64,000 bases of DNA, taken from IMG/VR virus record IMGVR_UViG_2778261503_000006; one strand, written 5' to 3'. Made by a program: the position numbers and the translations under genes. Below are positions 18,801 to 28,214 of this stretch, in pieces; position 1 is the stretch's first letter, and every line of letters starts with the position of its first letter. The notes under the pieces are model-generated. The model did no database searches and was not told where the DNA came from. It saw only the letters and a list, made by a program, of their open reading frames with translations. The DNA comes from a virus. Its lineage: Duplodnaviria > Heunggongvirae > Uroviricota > Caudoviricetes.

Positions 18801-21800
18801 CCATCGAGGAGAACTCACAGCAAGCTGTCTTTAATGCTGTGGAAATGGGGCGTCTTGACCTGGCGTCCGGTAAACACCGTGATGCGCAGAAGAAGAACAA
18901 GATTAAGGATCAGGCCGCGAATACCGGTACAACGAAGAAGCAGAATATCCCTTACTTTGAGGATATGAACTTCGATAGCGTGATTGCCGACGAGGGGCAT
19001 AACTACCGCAACTCCTTTAATGCCGGGCGTGAAGCGGGACAACTGGCATATTTGCCTAACCCGGCAGTATCCAAGATGGCCCGCGACATGGCTGTAAAAG
19101 CTGCGTACATGATGAAACGCAACAACGGGCGTGGTGTAGTCATGCTGACGGCAACACCGCTGGTGAACAGTCCGATTGATGCCTTCAACATGCTGTCTAC
19201 TGTCATTCCGCAGGAAGAGTGGATGCGTATGGGCATCATTACGCCTGATGATTTCGTTCGTGTGTTTGGCAAAACAGCCACAGTTCAGGTCCAGAAAATT
19301 TCCGGGGAAGTGGAAGAGAAGCAGGGGCTGGTGGGCTTCCAGAACCTTGACGGCCTGCGTGGTATTTTCCATCGTTGGACCACTCTGAAGACTGCTGCAG
19401 ATGTCGGAGCGACGGTTAAAATTCCCGACATCATCGAGAACACCTTGCAGATCCCGATGACAGGGGAGCAGGAGACTGCTTATGAAGAGCTTCGTAAGCG
19501 TGCTCAGGAGTTAAGTCGCAATGATGAGCTGACAGTCGATGAAAACGGGCATATCACTAACGACAAACCGGATGATTTCATCTTCTCCATCATCCGTGAC
19601 ATGGATAAGGTTGCTATAGACCCGGATCTGTATGCCAGTGCGATTACATTCCAGTTCCCCGTTGAGCTTGCAGACCAGGTAAAAGCTATTGCTGATGCCT
19701 TGCCAAAAGTAGCTGGCGGTAAAGTGGCAGATGATGTTGATGAGGCCGAGGAAGACGGCGCTGGCGGGCTGGTCAGTACGCGTACCAGCAAGGTAGTGAA
19801 GACCGCTTTTAGTGAACATCCGACGCATGTTGAAATACGTGCCAGCATTGAACTGGAAGCTGAAATACTGAAGGCCATTGCGGCTGCCGGCATTGATATG
19901 CAGCAGGTGTCGCACCCCATCCCGCCGAAGTATGCCGCGCTGATCGAAAATCTTCGTGAAGGTCTGAAGAACGGTAAGCAGATCGTCTTTATTGATGAAA
20001 AAGCCCAGCACCAGAAGCTGCGCCGTATTATCGCCAGTGCACTGCAAATGCCGGAGCAGGAGATTGGCATTATCAATGCGACGACAGTTAGCCAGGCTGG
20101 TGGCATCAAGCTGAAGAAGGTGAATAAGCCGACCGAACCTACTCCAAACAAAAACGGTGAATACAAAGAAGGGGCATGGGAAACCTACTACAGCAAACTT
20201 GCCCAATATGAGGATTATCTCTCCGCTAAAAATGATGCTGGCCTTGAGGGCATGGAAGGTATTGCCGCCGACTATAACGAAGGTCGCACGCGCATCATAA
20301 TCTGTAACAAGAAGGCTGAAGTAGGTATTAACCTGCACATCGGGACAACCGATATCCACCACCTGACACTACCCTGGACACCAGCCAGTATCGACCAACG
20401 AAATGGGCGCGGTGCGCGCGTAGGTTCACCGCAAGAAAAGGTCAATGTTCACTACTATTGTGGCAAAGGCACATTCGACGACTTCCGTCTGGATACGCTG
20501 AAACGTAAGAAAGACTGGATCAAGATGGTGATGACATCCGACATGTCAGAGATCGCCAATGGTGATGCGGATGATGCTGATGAACGCGCCATTATGCTGG
20601 CGGCAAACCCGGAAGAACGCCGCGCAATCATGGCTCGCCAGGCGCAAGAGCGTGAAGAACGTCTGAAACTGAAAGCACAGCGCGAGGCCAACAATGCTCT
20701 CGATATCTACCTGAAAGCGGCAAACGCCGCCGGAAAAGATATCGGCATGATGGAGACAGAACTGAAAAGCGCGATGGAACAGATAGAGTATTACCAGCGC
20801 AATCTTGACGACCTGATAAAAGCGGGTACGAACAGGAATGGGCAAAAATACGCGCTTGAGCAGTTGAGTAGCTACAGAAAACGTGCGCGGGTGCTGCGGT
20901 TTGCGATCACCAGGGCAAAAGACGCGGATACCATAATGAAACGCTCTCGTGGTGATGTGGAGCGCGCTATTAAGTCTGGTGTGCTGGATATCAGTATCGA
21001 TGTTATTCAGAACCCACAGGAATATATGCGCACTGACAAGAATATCCTGTTGCATAAAGGTAGTTATTACCGTGCAGTCATTGATGATCGCGAAACAACA
21101 GCGATTGTCCGGGTGGAAAAAATTGACGGTGAAAAAGCACAATACCTCTGCCGTATCGCCTGGCTGGATAGAGCAAGTCGTTACGCTCGAGCACCGGGGT
21201 CAATCGTTACATTGCCGTTTGACTCTGTGATTGAAGCGGTAACTTTTGAAGAGGGGGTAGCTGAATCGCGCGCAACGGCTGCGCGTGGTGTTCAGTGCCA
21301 CCAGCTATCAACAATACTTACTCGCGATCAGTTCTATGATGCTATTCGCAATGGGGTAATGAATGTTATTGCTGGTAAACCTGGTAATGCATGGGGCGGT
21401 GGGTCAGCTATTAAATACTGGGCATATCGCACAGATGATGGTCAGATCGCGCTGTCATCGGCCTATGATGGCGTGATAGGCCAAAAAATCGGGCGAGCAT
21501 CGGATATAGCACCTGAGCGATGGATATATCCTGATGGCAACGACGAGGCGCTGAAGCGTGAAGTGGCAAAAATACAAGCCAGTGATAACCCGCTGAATAT
21601 CGTGGACGGCGAGGGATTCCTCCAGGCATTGTATGGGTATGATTACACCCAGGGAATGCAGGCATGGGGCGCACAGGCAACGATGGATGATGTTGCCCAT
21701 GAGTTCGAAAACTGGATGGCTGGGCGTGGTCTGTCAGGTCGTTCGCTTAATAAAGTCACTTCTGAAGATATTCTTAGCTTGTTCCGCAAACCGTCCGGAG

Positions 21801-22702
21801 AAGGTCTGGAATCATTCTGGAGGACCGTGCTGGCATACCGTTTATTCCAGGGCAGGATGAAAGCCTTTAGCAATATCGATGATATTGAACGGATGTTTAA
21901 TCAGGTCAAGATCGCGAAAATTAAGGCGAAGATCGAAAAAACACGTTCTGCGCTGGTGGCCTGGCGCGATGCATTGTTTGAGCAATATAAATCACTCAGT
22001 GATGCAGATGGATGGGCGGCATTGGAACAGCTGGCGAATAATGGGGTAGATGGAGCGAAACTCGCCATTGTTCAGGCTGATAACCCCCTGGAATCACCGG
22101 CAGCACAGTGGATTAAGGTGGGGGCTGTCATCAATGCATTTGATGAAAAACACATTAGTAAGGACGATTTTGCTGATGCTGTTTCTGTTAATCGCCTGGT
22201 AGAAATGGCTACCCGCCGCGCCCGTGAGTTGAAAGACGGCGACTATGTGAATGAGTTGCCGGATACGCTCAAATCGGCAACGTGGCAGGACTATGTATCG
22301 CTGAAAAACGGCGGGGCCACTGAATCAGAGATCGCGGAAAGGCTTGAGCAGGCTGAAAGCAAAAGAGAAGAGCAGGCGGCAGTGGCTGAAGCCAGAGCTG
22401 ATGAAGCGGCGAATGATGACTATATCATTGTGGTTAATGATAAGCCGATTCGCGCTAAGGCGCGTGTTCGCGGGCGCTGGTGGAGCGTCAGCGAGGACGT
22501 TGGCGCGGTTTATCTCATTGCCGACCAACCAGGTTCCTCGACAATACGGAACGCCAAAGACGCGATTAAGAAGATTGGCGGACGTTTCTGGAATTTTGAA
22601 GCAAACCCGGTTGCTGATGTGAACTTTGACCGTCCTGCATGGATGGTATCTACGCGTTACTCGGTAGATGAACTGCGTAAAATAATCGCCGATGCGGCCT
22701 AA
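15866..22702 (+). CDS. darB: DarB-like giant antirestriction protein: N-terminal N6-adenine-methyltransferase-like domain plus SF2 helicase domain
   Basis: 2278 aa from TTG 15866 with AGAGGGGGAA RBS; EPSAGTGIF (nt 16232-16258) and GNVPF MTase-like motifs; Walker A GFGTGLGKTT (nt ~18394-18423), DEGH box (nt ~18986-19000), motif VI QRNGRGAR. Confidence 0.75.
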   Translation: MDKLLHSISEASSLGELIEIVSRLHKLRAVATFGVRKADGVSIQKTRRAANNAAVNLLNSLPPGFDGAKLTDEQRQILAGYTGEGGLTDGEGSQYEYYTPQFMAEGIWELFADYGIDGGHVLEPSAGTGIFQETKRQGMIMTSAELSPISGRINQLLHPEDDVNIGAFEALAAKDAMYDHAVGNVPFGEGRSGVAGLDPAYANEKNVGNYFVLRTIDKVKPGGLIVLVVPNGMTDGTKYKKLRDKVSRKAEFLGAHRMPSGTFSESGTDTVVDVWVLRKHPEAFLEMIPDTDDSTLKSANVLWVTFLKGKWFTTEGKRFVYGDMERTSFRNTLVVKKDGRVSNESMKTALSRRFDSRINWDLLGVTTQAWQGAKVGDKRLVGGIWHEFDGLKWVQDTTTKSSALDVSRYGVSTFGDLQIAFQSTNGILALSWDQISAIASDYPSVVSDEVAAMIRFAGKQREKDRERVMRGALIGQLINKALDLRNLGVNVDDKLADASRLAAAEVAKYGPPHAIKLNGLAEAGAKNWMTFTGNVKQDGSTSDLLAGRLDVTDGAAGIDFTRPEQVIAHLFSDVALNPITLGDFREAFAGELPEDDDAVLEYLAKFDDIAIDGYGCLLPMDRATSGDVATKTALLVGWRDASTGEQKANFERQLAKIEEKRIFTPLNKVTVNLNARWLDRRLIKEFLAEQGYDEFKYTEPDLKVVDGILVSPDDYEGKDGVFTGYQLRTVNGKNGNEFKKANNKDGFLNQLENYLNGVKPRGQNANEYLDKIAQLEVSFNDWLRTHPQADQIARDYNDAFNGFIPFTHSDAPLGLEGISGKRIPLTYQNEEVRRLSEDGRGIMGFGTGLGKTTTALALEAYNFETGRTKRTCIVVPKAVYQNWYHEAQSFYSADAFANMMFIGLDEVRDDSGNILTAPVLDENGEPRLDSNGQPLTRNVVKESSSAVIVQRMNMIPSSNWRTVIMTKEQFASIPLREKTIEENSQQAVFNAVEMGRLDLASGKHRDAQKKNKIKDQAANTGTTKKQNIPYFEDMNFDSVIADEGHNYRNSFNAGREAGQLAYLPNPAVSKMARDMAVKAAYMMKRNNGRGVVMLTATPLVNSPIDAFNMLSTVIPQEEWMRMGIITPDDFVRVFGKTATVQVQKISGEVEEKQGLVGFQNLDGLRGIFHRWTTLKTAADVGATVKIPDIIENTLQIPMTGEQETAYEELRKRAQELSRNDELTVDENGHITNDKPDDFIFSIIRDMDKVAIDPDLYASAITFQFPVELADQVKAIADALPKVAGGKVADDVDEAEEDGAGGLVSTRTSKVVKTAFSEHPTHVEIRASIELEAEILKAIAAAGIDMQQVSHPIPPKYAALIENLREGLKNGKQIVFIDEKAQHQKLRRIIASALQMPEQEIGIINATTVSQAGGIKLKKVNKPTEPTPNKNGEYKEGAWETYYSKLAQYEDYLSAKNDAGLEGMEGIAADYNEGRTRIIICNKKAEVGINLHIGTTDIHHLTLPWTPASIDQRNGRGARVGSPQEKVNVHYYCGKGTFDDFRLDTLKRKKDWIKMVMTSDMSEIANGDADDADERAIMLAANPEERRAIMARQAQEREERLKLKAQREANNALDIYLKAANAAGKDIGMMETELKSAMEQIEYYQRNLDDLIKAGTNRNGQKYALEQLSSYRKRARVLRFAITRAKDADTIMKRSRGDVERAIKSGVLDISIDVIQNPQEYMRTDKNILLHKGSYYRAVIDDRETTAIVRVEKIDGEKAQYLCRIAWLDRASRYARAPGSIVTLPFDSVIEAVTFEEGVAESRATAARGVQCHQLSTILTRDQFYDAIRNGVMNVIAGKPGNAWGGGSAIKYWAYRTDDGQIALSSAYDGVIGQKIGRASDIAPERWIYPDGNDEALKREVAKIQASDNPLNIVDGEGFLQALYGYDYTQGMQAWGAQATMDDVAHEFENWMAGRGLSGRSLNKVTSEDILSLFRKPSGEGLESFWRTVLAYRLFQGRMKAFSNIDDIERMFNQVKIAKIKAKIEKTRSALVAWRDALFEQYKSLSDADGWAALEQLANNGVDGAKLAIVQADNPLESPAAQWIKVGAVINAFDEKHISKDDFADAVSVNRLVEMATRRARELKDGDYVNELPDTLKSATWQDYVSLKNGGATESEIAERLEQAESKREEQAAVAEARADEAANDDYIIVVNDKPIRAKARVRGRWWSVSEDVGAVYLIADQPGSSTIRNAKDAIKKIGGRFWNFEANPVADVNFDRPAWMVSTRYSVDELRKIIADAA

Positions 22703-22738
22703 CAGATAAGGAGCGGCCCCAACTGGGGCCGAATTTGA

Positions 22739-23173
22739 ATGACGACATTAATTGACACTGTAAAACCGACGGAATCCTACCTTGAGGACATTTTGCCGCA
22801 GGCGCTCAATGGCAGGAGTGAAGAGGCGTTTCTGGATGCATATCTGAATGGCATGGTGGAAAGGCTGAAACGAGATCCACAGCTTTATCACCTTTATGGG
22901 CCGTGGTGGCCTGCGCTTAAAACGTTATTGCTGGAGCGCGGCGACATATCATTTGGACAAGTTGTAGATAGTGATGTGGCAGAGATCTACAAAATGAGTC
23001 GCCCGGCGCTTACGGTTTTGGCTGGGCATCTGTATTCGAGCGATCGCCTGGAAAATGACGCGGTATACAATCCTGTTCATGCTCTGGAAGTCGCACCTTA
23101 TGCCGATGATACAGAGCCATACGTGTACACAAGTTACGACGAGTCTATAGAGAAATATCGAATTATGGGGTAG
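22739..23173 (+). CDS. hypothetical protein
   Basis: 144-aa ORF directly downstream of darB-like gene. Confidence 0.5.
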   Translation: MTTLIDTVKPTESYLEDILPQALNGRSEEAFLDAYLNGMVERLKRDPQLYHLYGPWWPALKTLLLERGDISFGQVVDSDVAEIYKMSRPALTVLAGHLYSSDRLENDAVYNPVHALEVAPYADDTEPYVYTSYDESIEKYRIMG

Positions 23174-23175
23174 CC

Positions 23176-23436
23176 ATGCGAAAGAATCGTAGGTTTACGG
23201 TCGAAGACCTAAAGGAATATTCCATATCGAAGGGGTATATCCTTGAGTTCCACCGATACAAGAAGGTTTTTACGCTGCGAAAAGCAGAAAACCCTGCGAA
23301 CTGGAGCTGGATATACTTTCCTCACACCGATGATAAGTTGGTAGAACTTGTTGATGATTTAACCTATGAAGGTTGGTTGATCGCAATCGACAAGACAATC
23401 AAAGAATTATCCGAACAGGATAAAATAACCCTTTAA
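23176..23436 (+). CDS. hypothetical protein
   Basis: 86-aa ORF, 3-bp gap from previous. Confidence 0.45.
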   Translation: MRKNRRFTVEDLKEYSISKGYILEFHRYKKVFTLRKAENPANWSWIYFPHTDDKLVELVDDLTYEGWLIAIDKTIKELSEQDKITL

Positions 23437-23572
23437 AAATAACAGGTTGGGTAAATGCCATGCGATTTACCCTCCTTGTTGATTAAGGTCACTCTTTACT
23501 CTAAAAGCAAATCCGACCTGTTGCATATAGACCATCCTTGAGTAGTATCTCTCTTGTTTTACAAATCTAACG

Positions 23573-24067
23573 TTGTTGTTATTATTTCGCATATTTACTA
23601 TCAATGGGTGTGTTAGAAAAATAGCGCGAAAGAGAAGGCGTCGCAGTGAATATTCTGAAACATCCCCACATGCCGCAGCTCTTAGAGAACTGGAGAAAAA
23701 CCCAGATCTAATCAAAAGGAACCATGAGCATTACGAGCAGGTTCGCGTCCTGGACTGGATGTATCGCAATATGCGTTATGTGTATGAGCATACTCACGCC
23801 ACTCCAAACGGTGGCCTGCGAGGCATAAGGACGGCAATAAAAATGGTGGCAGAGGGCCAAAAGAAGGGATATCCCGATCTTTCTATAGACCTTGCTTGTG
23901 GGGGATACCACGGAATGCGCATTGAGATGAAACATGGGAGAAATCGCCTGACTCCCGAACAACTCGTCTGGATGACTCGCCTCACAGAAGCCGGTTACTA
24001 CTGCTTTGAGGCGCGCAGTGCCGCTGAAGCCATAAAAGCTATCACGGAGTATGTTTGTCTTGATTAA
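23573..24067 (+). CDS. VRR-NUC domain nuclease (true start uncertain, probably internal)
   Basis: HEHYEQVRVLDWM...GYPDLSIDLACGGYHGMRIEMKHG: PD-(D/E)xK VRR-NUC pattern; operator-like motif lies inside the track's N-terminal extension. Confidence 0.55.
   Translation: MLLLFRIFTINGCVRKIARKRRRRSEYSETSPHAAALRELEKNPDLIKRNHEHYEQVRVLDWMYRNMRYVYEHTHATPNGGLRGIRTAIKMVAEGQKKGYPDLSIDLACGGYHGMRIEMKHGRNRLTPEQLVWMTRLTEAGYYCFEARSAAEAIKAITEYVCLD
23608..23625 (+). promoter_or_regulatory. operator-like motif (gtgtgttagaaaaatagc)
   Basis: core TGTTAGAAA. Confidence 0.4.
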
Positions 24068-24081
24068 ACGGAGAAATCGTT

Positions 24082-24282
24082 TTGCGGTTACTTAACGTGG
24101 CAGAACTTATCCCTGCAGGAACTAATGCTATCGCTCGTCGTCGCTCATGGCAGCAGGCTCTATGTATTGAGATCTCGAAACGTATCAATGGAAGTTTTGA
24201 AGCTCGCAATATTGTTACTGGCGATAAGGTTCACATAACCCCGGAAAGTGCAAGCGCTGATGATTGGGAGTTTGTACATTGA
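24082..24282 (+). CDS. hypothetical small protein
   Basis: 66-aa ORF. Confidence 0.3.
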   Translation: MRLLNVAELIPAGTNAIARRRSWQQALCIEISKRINGSFEARNIVTGDKVHITPESASADDWEFVH

Positions 24283-24578
24283 GCAAAAAATATTATGTGA
24301 GTCTGGCGTTCGCTGACGATGCGGGGAGGACGCGGAGTATCACGTTGAGCACACCGGTTAAGGCTGTGACAGCGCCGTTAATCCGTGAAGCTCTCAGAGA
24401 GCTGGAATTGGGGGAAAACTCGGCACTGTTGTCGGTTAGTTGGTTCGGGAAAATGTCAGAGAAACAATACGTGGATGGAGTTACCCCAATAACAGTAATG
24501 AGGCTACTTTCATTGCTGCAATGGGCCATCGTACCTGTATTTATCGCGTATCTTATTTATCAGGCTGCAACACAGTAA
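24264..24578 (+). CDS. small protein with C-terminal transmembrane anchor (start probably TTG 24279)
   Basis: C-terminal LLSLLQWAIVPVFIAYLIY hydrophobic helix; followed by terminator. Confidence 0.4.
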   Translation: MGVCTLSKKYYVSLAFADDAGRTRSITLSTPVKAVTAPLIREALRELELGENSALLSVSWFGKMSEKQYVDGVTPITVMRLLSLLQWAIVPVFIAYLIYQAATQ

Positions 24579-24588
24579 TTGCATAAAA

Positions 24589-24611
24589 ACCCGCCAATTA
24601 GCGGGTTTTTT
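24589..24611 (+). terminator. rho-independent terminator
   Basis: acccgccaattagcgggt followed by tttttt. Confidence 0.75.
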
Positions 24612-24650
24612 GTTTATTGCATCTTTCGATACTGTCATCAAACTAATAAA

Positions 24651-24670
24651 ATATGTTAGAAAAATAATTT
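24651..24670 (+). promoter_or_regulatory. operator-like motif (atatgttagaaaaataattt)
   Basis: 20 bp upstream region of 24692 gene. Confidence 0.45.
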
Positions 24671-24691
24671 AACAAAGTAACGGGAATAGCA

Positions 24692-25900
24692 ATGAGTCAA
24701 CACACTGATACTTCTAATCTGGAAATTATCTCGACAGCAATTGAAACGCTGCGCACACAAATCGCTCTTATACAGAAACGGAATCCGGGTGATGACCTGT
24801 CAAAGCGACTGCACGAGAGTGTCATTGCCACTACAGATAACCTGGTGGCGGAAATCAACAAGCTGCTTGATGATGGGGCAGTTGATTACAATAAGCTGGT
24901 GGATCAGTTTGAGGAATACCAACAAGCAGTTAATGATGGCTTGATCCGTTTTTCACAAGTCACAGGCGTATCAGCGACAGTTGAAAGCCTGGGTGATGCA
25001 GTTAATCAATTTGCCGCGAATATGCGTAATGAGATCGGCAATCTGGAAGCGCGTCTTGAACAGGCAAATACACTGCGTAAATCTGCCGAAGCCGATTTGA
25101 ACCGTTACAAAAAAGACTATCCGCCAAGCCTGACAAAGCGGCTGGATGTTGCGGAGAAGGATAACCGCACGCTGAAAAGAGAGCGCCGGGAACTAAAAGA
25201 GCGTTTAACCAAGCTCAATCAGCAATGCATTGATTATCAAGGCGAAGGCGTCACACTGCGTAAAAAGTTGGCTACAGCGCAGAGCATTATCGAAACATTA
25301 AAGCGAGAGTGCTCACAGCTTGGTCACGATCTGAACCGTGCTTGTGGCATGGGACAAAGACCAGAGACATTTCCACTTATGTATGATGGAAGGGATGCCA
25401 TTGCCTACATCCATGAGTATCCGCACGGCCTGGTTGCGGAAACTGGGCAGCGTGGCGAAGCACTGCTGACGGCTAATTACCATCAACAAATCAGAACCAA
25501 TCGCCTGTTAACGATGGATGTGATCCCATCGGTATGGGGAACGCCGCTTTACTATCGCCTGCCGGGCTTCGAAAAGGACTGGAATACCGACATAGACGAA
25601 TGTCTCGCAGATAAAATTATGGCGTATCTGGAGACGGATTTTCCGCGCTTATATCGCCGGATTATGGACTCTAAGGATGCGCCAATCGATGAATTAAAAA
25701 TGCGTCCGGAGACGCTGGAGGCAATCAAGCAGACGGAGTTTGATACTGTATTCAGTGTGGCCTGCATTCCAAGCTGTTTCCATGAAAGCATCCCGTTCAT
25801 GCAAGGAGATCGTCGTCAGGAAATCATTGACGCTTGCCGGGTATGGGCGAACGAATGGGATAAGAAGAATGGGGGTGTAGAAGATCTTTATGGGAAATAA
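24692..25900 (+). CDS. coiled-coil protein, function unknown
   Basis: 402 aa; long heptad-rich N-terminal half. Confidence 0.55.
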   Translation: MSQHTDTSNLEIISTAIETLRTQIALIQKRNPGDDLSKRLHESVIATTDNLVAEINKLLDDGAVDYNKLVDQFEEYQQAVNDGLIRFSQVTGVSATVESLGDAVNQFAANMRNEIGNLEARLEQANTLRKSAEADLNRYKKDYPPSLTKRLDVAEKDNRTLKRERRELKERLTKLNQQCIDYQGEGVTLRKKLATAQSIIETLKRECSQLGHDLNRACGMGQRPETFPLMYDGRDAIAYIHEYPHGLVAETGQRGEALLTANYHQQIRTNRLLTMDVIPSVWGTPLYYRLPGFEKDWNTDIDECLADKIMAYLETDFPRLYRRIMDSKDAPIDELKMRPETLEAIKQTEFDTVFSVACIPSCFHESIPFMQGDRRQEIIDACRVWANEWDKKNGGVEDLYGK

Positions 25901-25919
25901 TGTGTTAGAAATCTAAAAT
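25899..25919 (+). promoter_or_regulatory. operator-like motif (aatgtgttagaaatctaaaat)
   Basis: core TGTTAGAAA. Confidence 0.4.
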
Positions 25920-26055
25920 CACAATTCGAATGTATTGATTGTGAAGATAACTTAACATAGAATTTTCCTTGCTGGTGGGCGGTACCCACGTTTCGCTTGC
26001 TGGGCTTGATAGTCACTTATTGGTTATTGTTCGCCCACCAGCATTTAACAAATTA

Positions 26056-26074
26056 AAGTGTTAGAAATGTATAG
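26056..26074 (+). promoter_or_regulatory. operator-like motif (aagtgttagaaatgtatag)
   Basis: core TGTTAGAAA. Confidence 0.4.
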
Positions 26075-26650
26075 TAATGCAAGAGCACGCTTTGGCACCG
26101 TGCAGGCCAAAGTTCAGCAGGTTTAGTGCGGAAAGTGGTTTCAGAGAGAGCACTTTGCGGAGTAAACGACAATACATGTTGAGCCACGGAAGGTCTTTTT
26201 AAGGTGTTCATTGATGATGGTCCGGCAGAGAGTAACGGTACATGCTGCATCTAATCATCAATGCACATCTTCAACATTAAGGAGGCATAGGGATTTTTGT
26301 GGCGGTTACCTTTTGCCCTGAGTCTCCTTAATGTTGCGGTAATGCACCTATGCGGATGTGGCCTTGCATTGTGTCTTGAAAGAATGGGGTAAGGCCGGGG
26401 ATATCCCCAGGGGGAGGCACCCCCGCTGCAACGAACAGCCACAGACGGCAGTCGAGTGATGGAAACGTGTAAAGACTTTAAACCTCGTTACGGCTGGCGT
26501 GGCAAACGCGACAACCGAGACAGAGCGGTGACGGGCGGAGAGAGTGCCGCATCAAGAAAGAAGCCGACTTGTGATCCCTTTCAGCGGGCATTTGAAAGTG
26601 AATCCAGCTCAGGCAGTCGGCTTCTTTCTTGTGTGAGATGTAGCGTATTT

Positions 26651-26675
26651 GCCCATCTTCGGGTGGGCTTTTTTA
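26651..26675 (+). terminator. hairpin plus T-run
   Basis: gcccatcttcgggtgggc followed by tttttt. Confidence 0.5.
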
Positions 26676-27135
26676 GGGTTTTCGTCATGGTTAGCGACTT
26701 TGCGGCGGTTTAGAAACTGACCATTAAAGTAAATGCAAACGATGATCTGATGATGGTAGCGGCCTAAGAAGCCAGACGCCACGGGGTATGAGTCGTCCCC
26801 CGTCAAAAAAATCGACCGCAGAGTGTCCCCGTCTGTGTATTAGGGAACGGGGAGGCATAACAGGCAAGGGCGCTGGTGTGATTAACCAGATGAATGAGAA
26901 GGGTCAGGTCTTTCTGGTCAGCGCCCTTACCTGTTGCGTCCTTCCCGCGTAACAGCCATTGCTTAATGGCATCCTGGGAGAACTTCTTGTAACGGGTATA
27001 TCCCGTCATGCTGAAGGCGCTAATCACGCTGGAAGCCAGGGTTGTGCATCCCCTGTTACCGAATTGCAGCCAGGGCGCGGTGCGCCGAAAAGCATACGGA
27101 GGTGGAAGCCCTCGCCGGAGACGTACCCGGCAAGT

Positions 27136-27210
27136 GATGGTGTAGCTCAGCGGTAGAGCAGTTGGCTGTTAACCAACTGGTCGGTGGTTCGAATCCACCC
27201 ACCATCGCCA
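27136..27210 (+). tRNA. tRNA-Asn (anticodon GUU)
   Basis: manual cloverleaf: acceptor gatggtg/caccatc, D-arm gctc/gagc, anticodon loop ctGTTaa, T-loop ttcgaat, 3' CCA. Confidence 0.85.
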
Positions 27211-27215
27211 ATTTA

Positions 27216-27302
27216 GGGGAGTTAGTCCGTAGGGGTAGCGGGGTAGACTGTAAATCTACTGTCATTGCGACTCGGGTGGTTCGACTCCATCACTCCCCAC
27301 CA
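27216..27302 (+). tRNA. type II tRNA-like gene, anticodon GUA (Tyr) by manual fold; D-arm non-canonical
   Basis: acceptor ggggagt/actcccc, anticodon stem gtaga/tctac with loop ctGTAaa, long variable arm, T-loop ttcgact, 3' CCA. Confidence 0.55.
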
Positions 27303-27306
27303 AATT

Positions 27307-27382
27307 GCCGGTTTAGCTCAGTTGGTAGAGCAGTCGCTTTGTAAGCGAATGGTCAGCGGTTCGATCCCGTTAACCGGCACCA
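27307..27382 (+). tRNA. tRNA-Thr (anticodon UGU)
   Basis: acceptor gccggtt/aaccggc, D-arm gctc/gagc, anticodon loop ttTGTaa, T-loop ttcgatc, 3' CCA. Confidence 0.8.
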
Positions 27383-27836
27383 ACACAACAGGTAAGAGCA
27401 TTTGTAGAGTTCGACTCTCTACCGTGGGCTTTTTCCCGCGATGCGAGCCATAAATGCTCTTACCGTTGTGATGAAGTGCAGCTCTTTGAAGCAACCAGAA
27501 GATAAGCATCTGGCTTCACAACATAAACCGCAGGAACGACCAATAAACGGTAGTCCGTATGGAGAACACCCCGTTGAGGAAGAGGTCTGGCCGGAACCGT
27601 AACCGGCACTACAACGTTGAGAACACTGGCGTAACGGGGTCATATCCCAATCTACGAATAAATGTTGCGTTGCAGCGTGACAACCAGTGTTCTCAACATT
27701 GTGGTGAATGCGCAGGCTGATGCGCGAAAGACATTGCAGCTATTGCGGAAAAGAGCTGTTCGGCGGGGCAATTAAACGCCCGTGAGAGTCTGAAATAACC
27801 GCAAGCCGGAGATCAGCACCGGTCGCCACAATAACG

Positions 27837-27923
27837 GGAGAGTAGGGAGCATGGTGCTCAAGCGGTCTTGAAAACCGTCCCATTGCGCAAGCGATGATGG
27901 TTCGATTCCATTACTCTCCGCCA
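27837..27923 (+). tRNA. type II tRNA-Ser-like (anticodon UGA); D-arm short
   Basis: acceptor ggagagt/actctcc, anticodon arm gcggt-ctTGAaa-accgt (very like E. coli tRNA-Ser), 17-nt variable arm, T-loop ttcgatt, 3' CCA. Confidence 0.55.
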
Positions 27924-28214
27924 GTGCAACATTAAGGGTATTTGGCTAATTAAGCGAATGCCGGAAGCAGAACCGGATCACCAAATGCGTACAGGCGTCA
28001 TCGCCGCCCAGTCAGCCAAATGCTCTTACCATTGCGGTGAATGCGGCTAAGCGCACGCGGAACAGTTAAAACAGTAAAGGTGGTCTTTTTACTGGCGTAA
28101 CGAGAATCCATAAGTGATCCGGCGTTAATTGTTAACTGGTTAACGTCACCGGGAGGCGCCCGGCACCGCAACCTAACAGCAATGGCGTTTTGTCTTAAAA
28201 GGTGGCTGCAAGTG

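Noticed and set aside
16222-21700. Numerous minus-strand ORFs of 60-283 aa inside the darB-like gene (for example 19511..20362, 20546..21142, 17290..17757)
   Set aside because: They lie antisense within one long, motif-rich ORF and have no RBS or motif support; treated as shadow ORFs.
22716-22731. Hairpin ggccccaactggggcc after the darB-like stop as a terminator
   Set aside because: No following T-run; the next gene starts 8 bp later, so more likely an intercistronic structure.
26803-27027. 74-aa minus-strand ORF and neighbours in the tRNA-flanking region (26251..27156)
   Set aside because: Region is dense in hairpins and repeats, ORFs overlap each other on both strands and lack RBSs; more likely non-coding.
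27386-27470. Possible sixth tRNA around the T-loop-like gagttcgactctc
   Set aside because: No acceptor stem or CCA end could be folded; kept as a hairpin, possibly a tRNA remnant.
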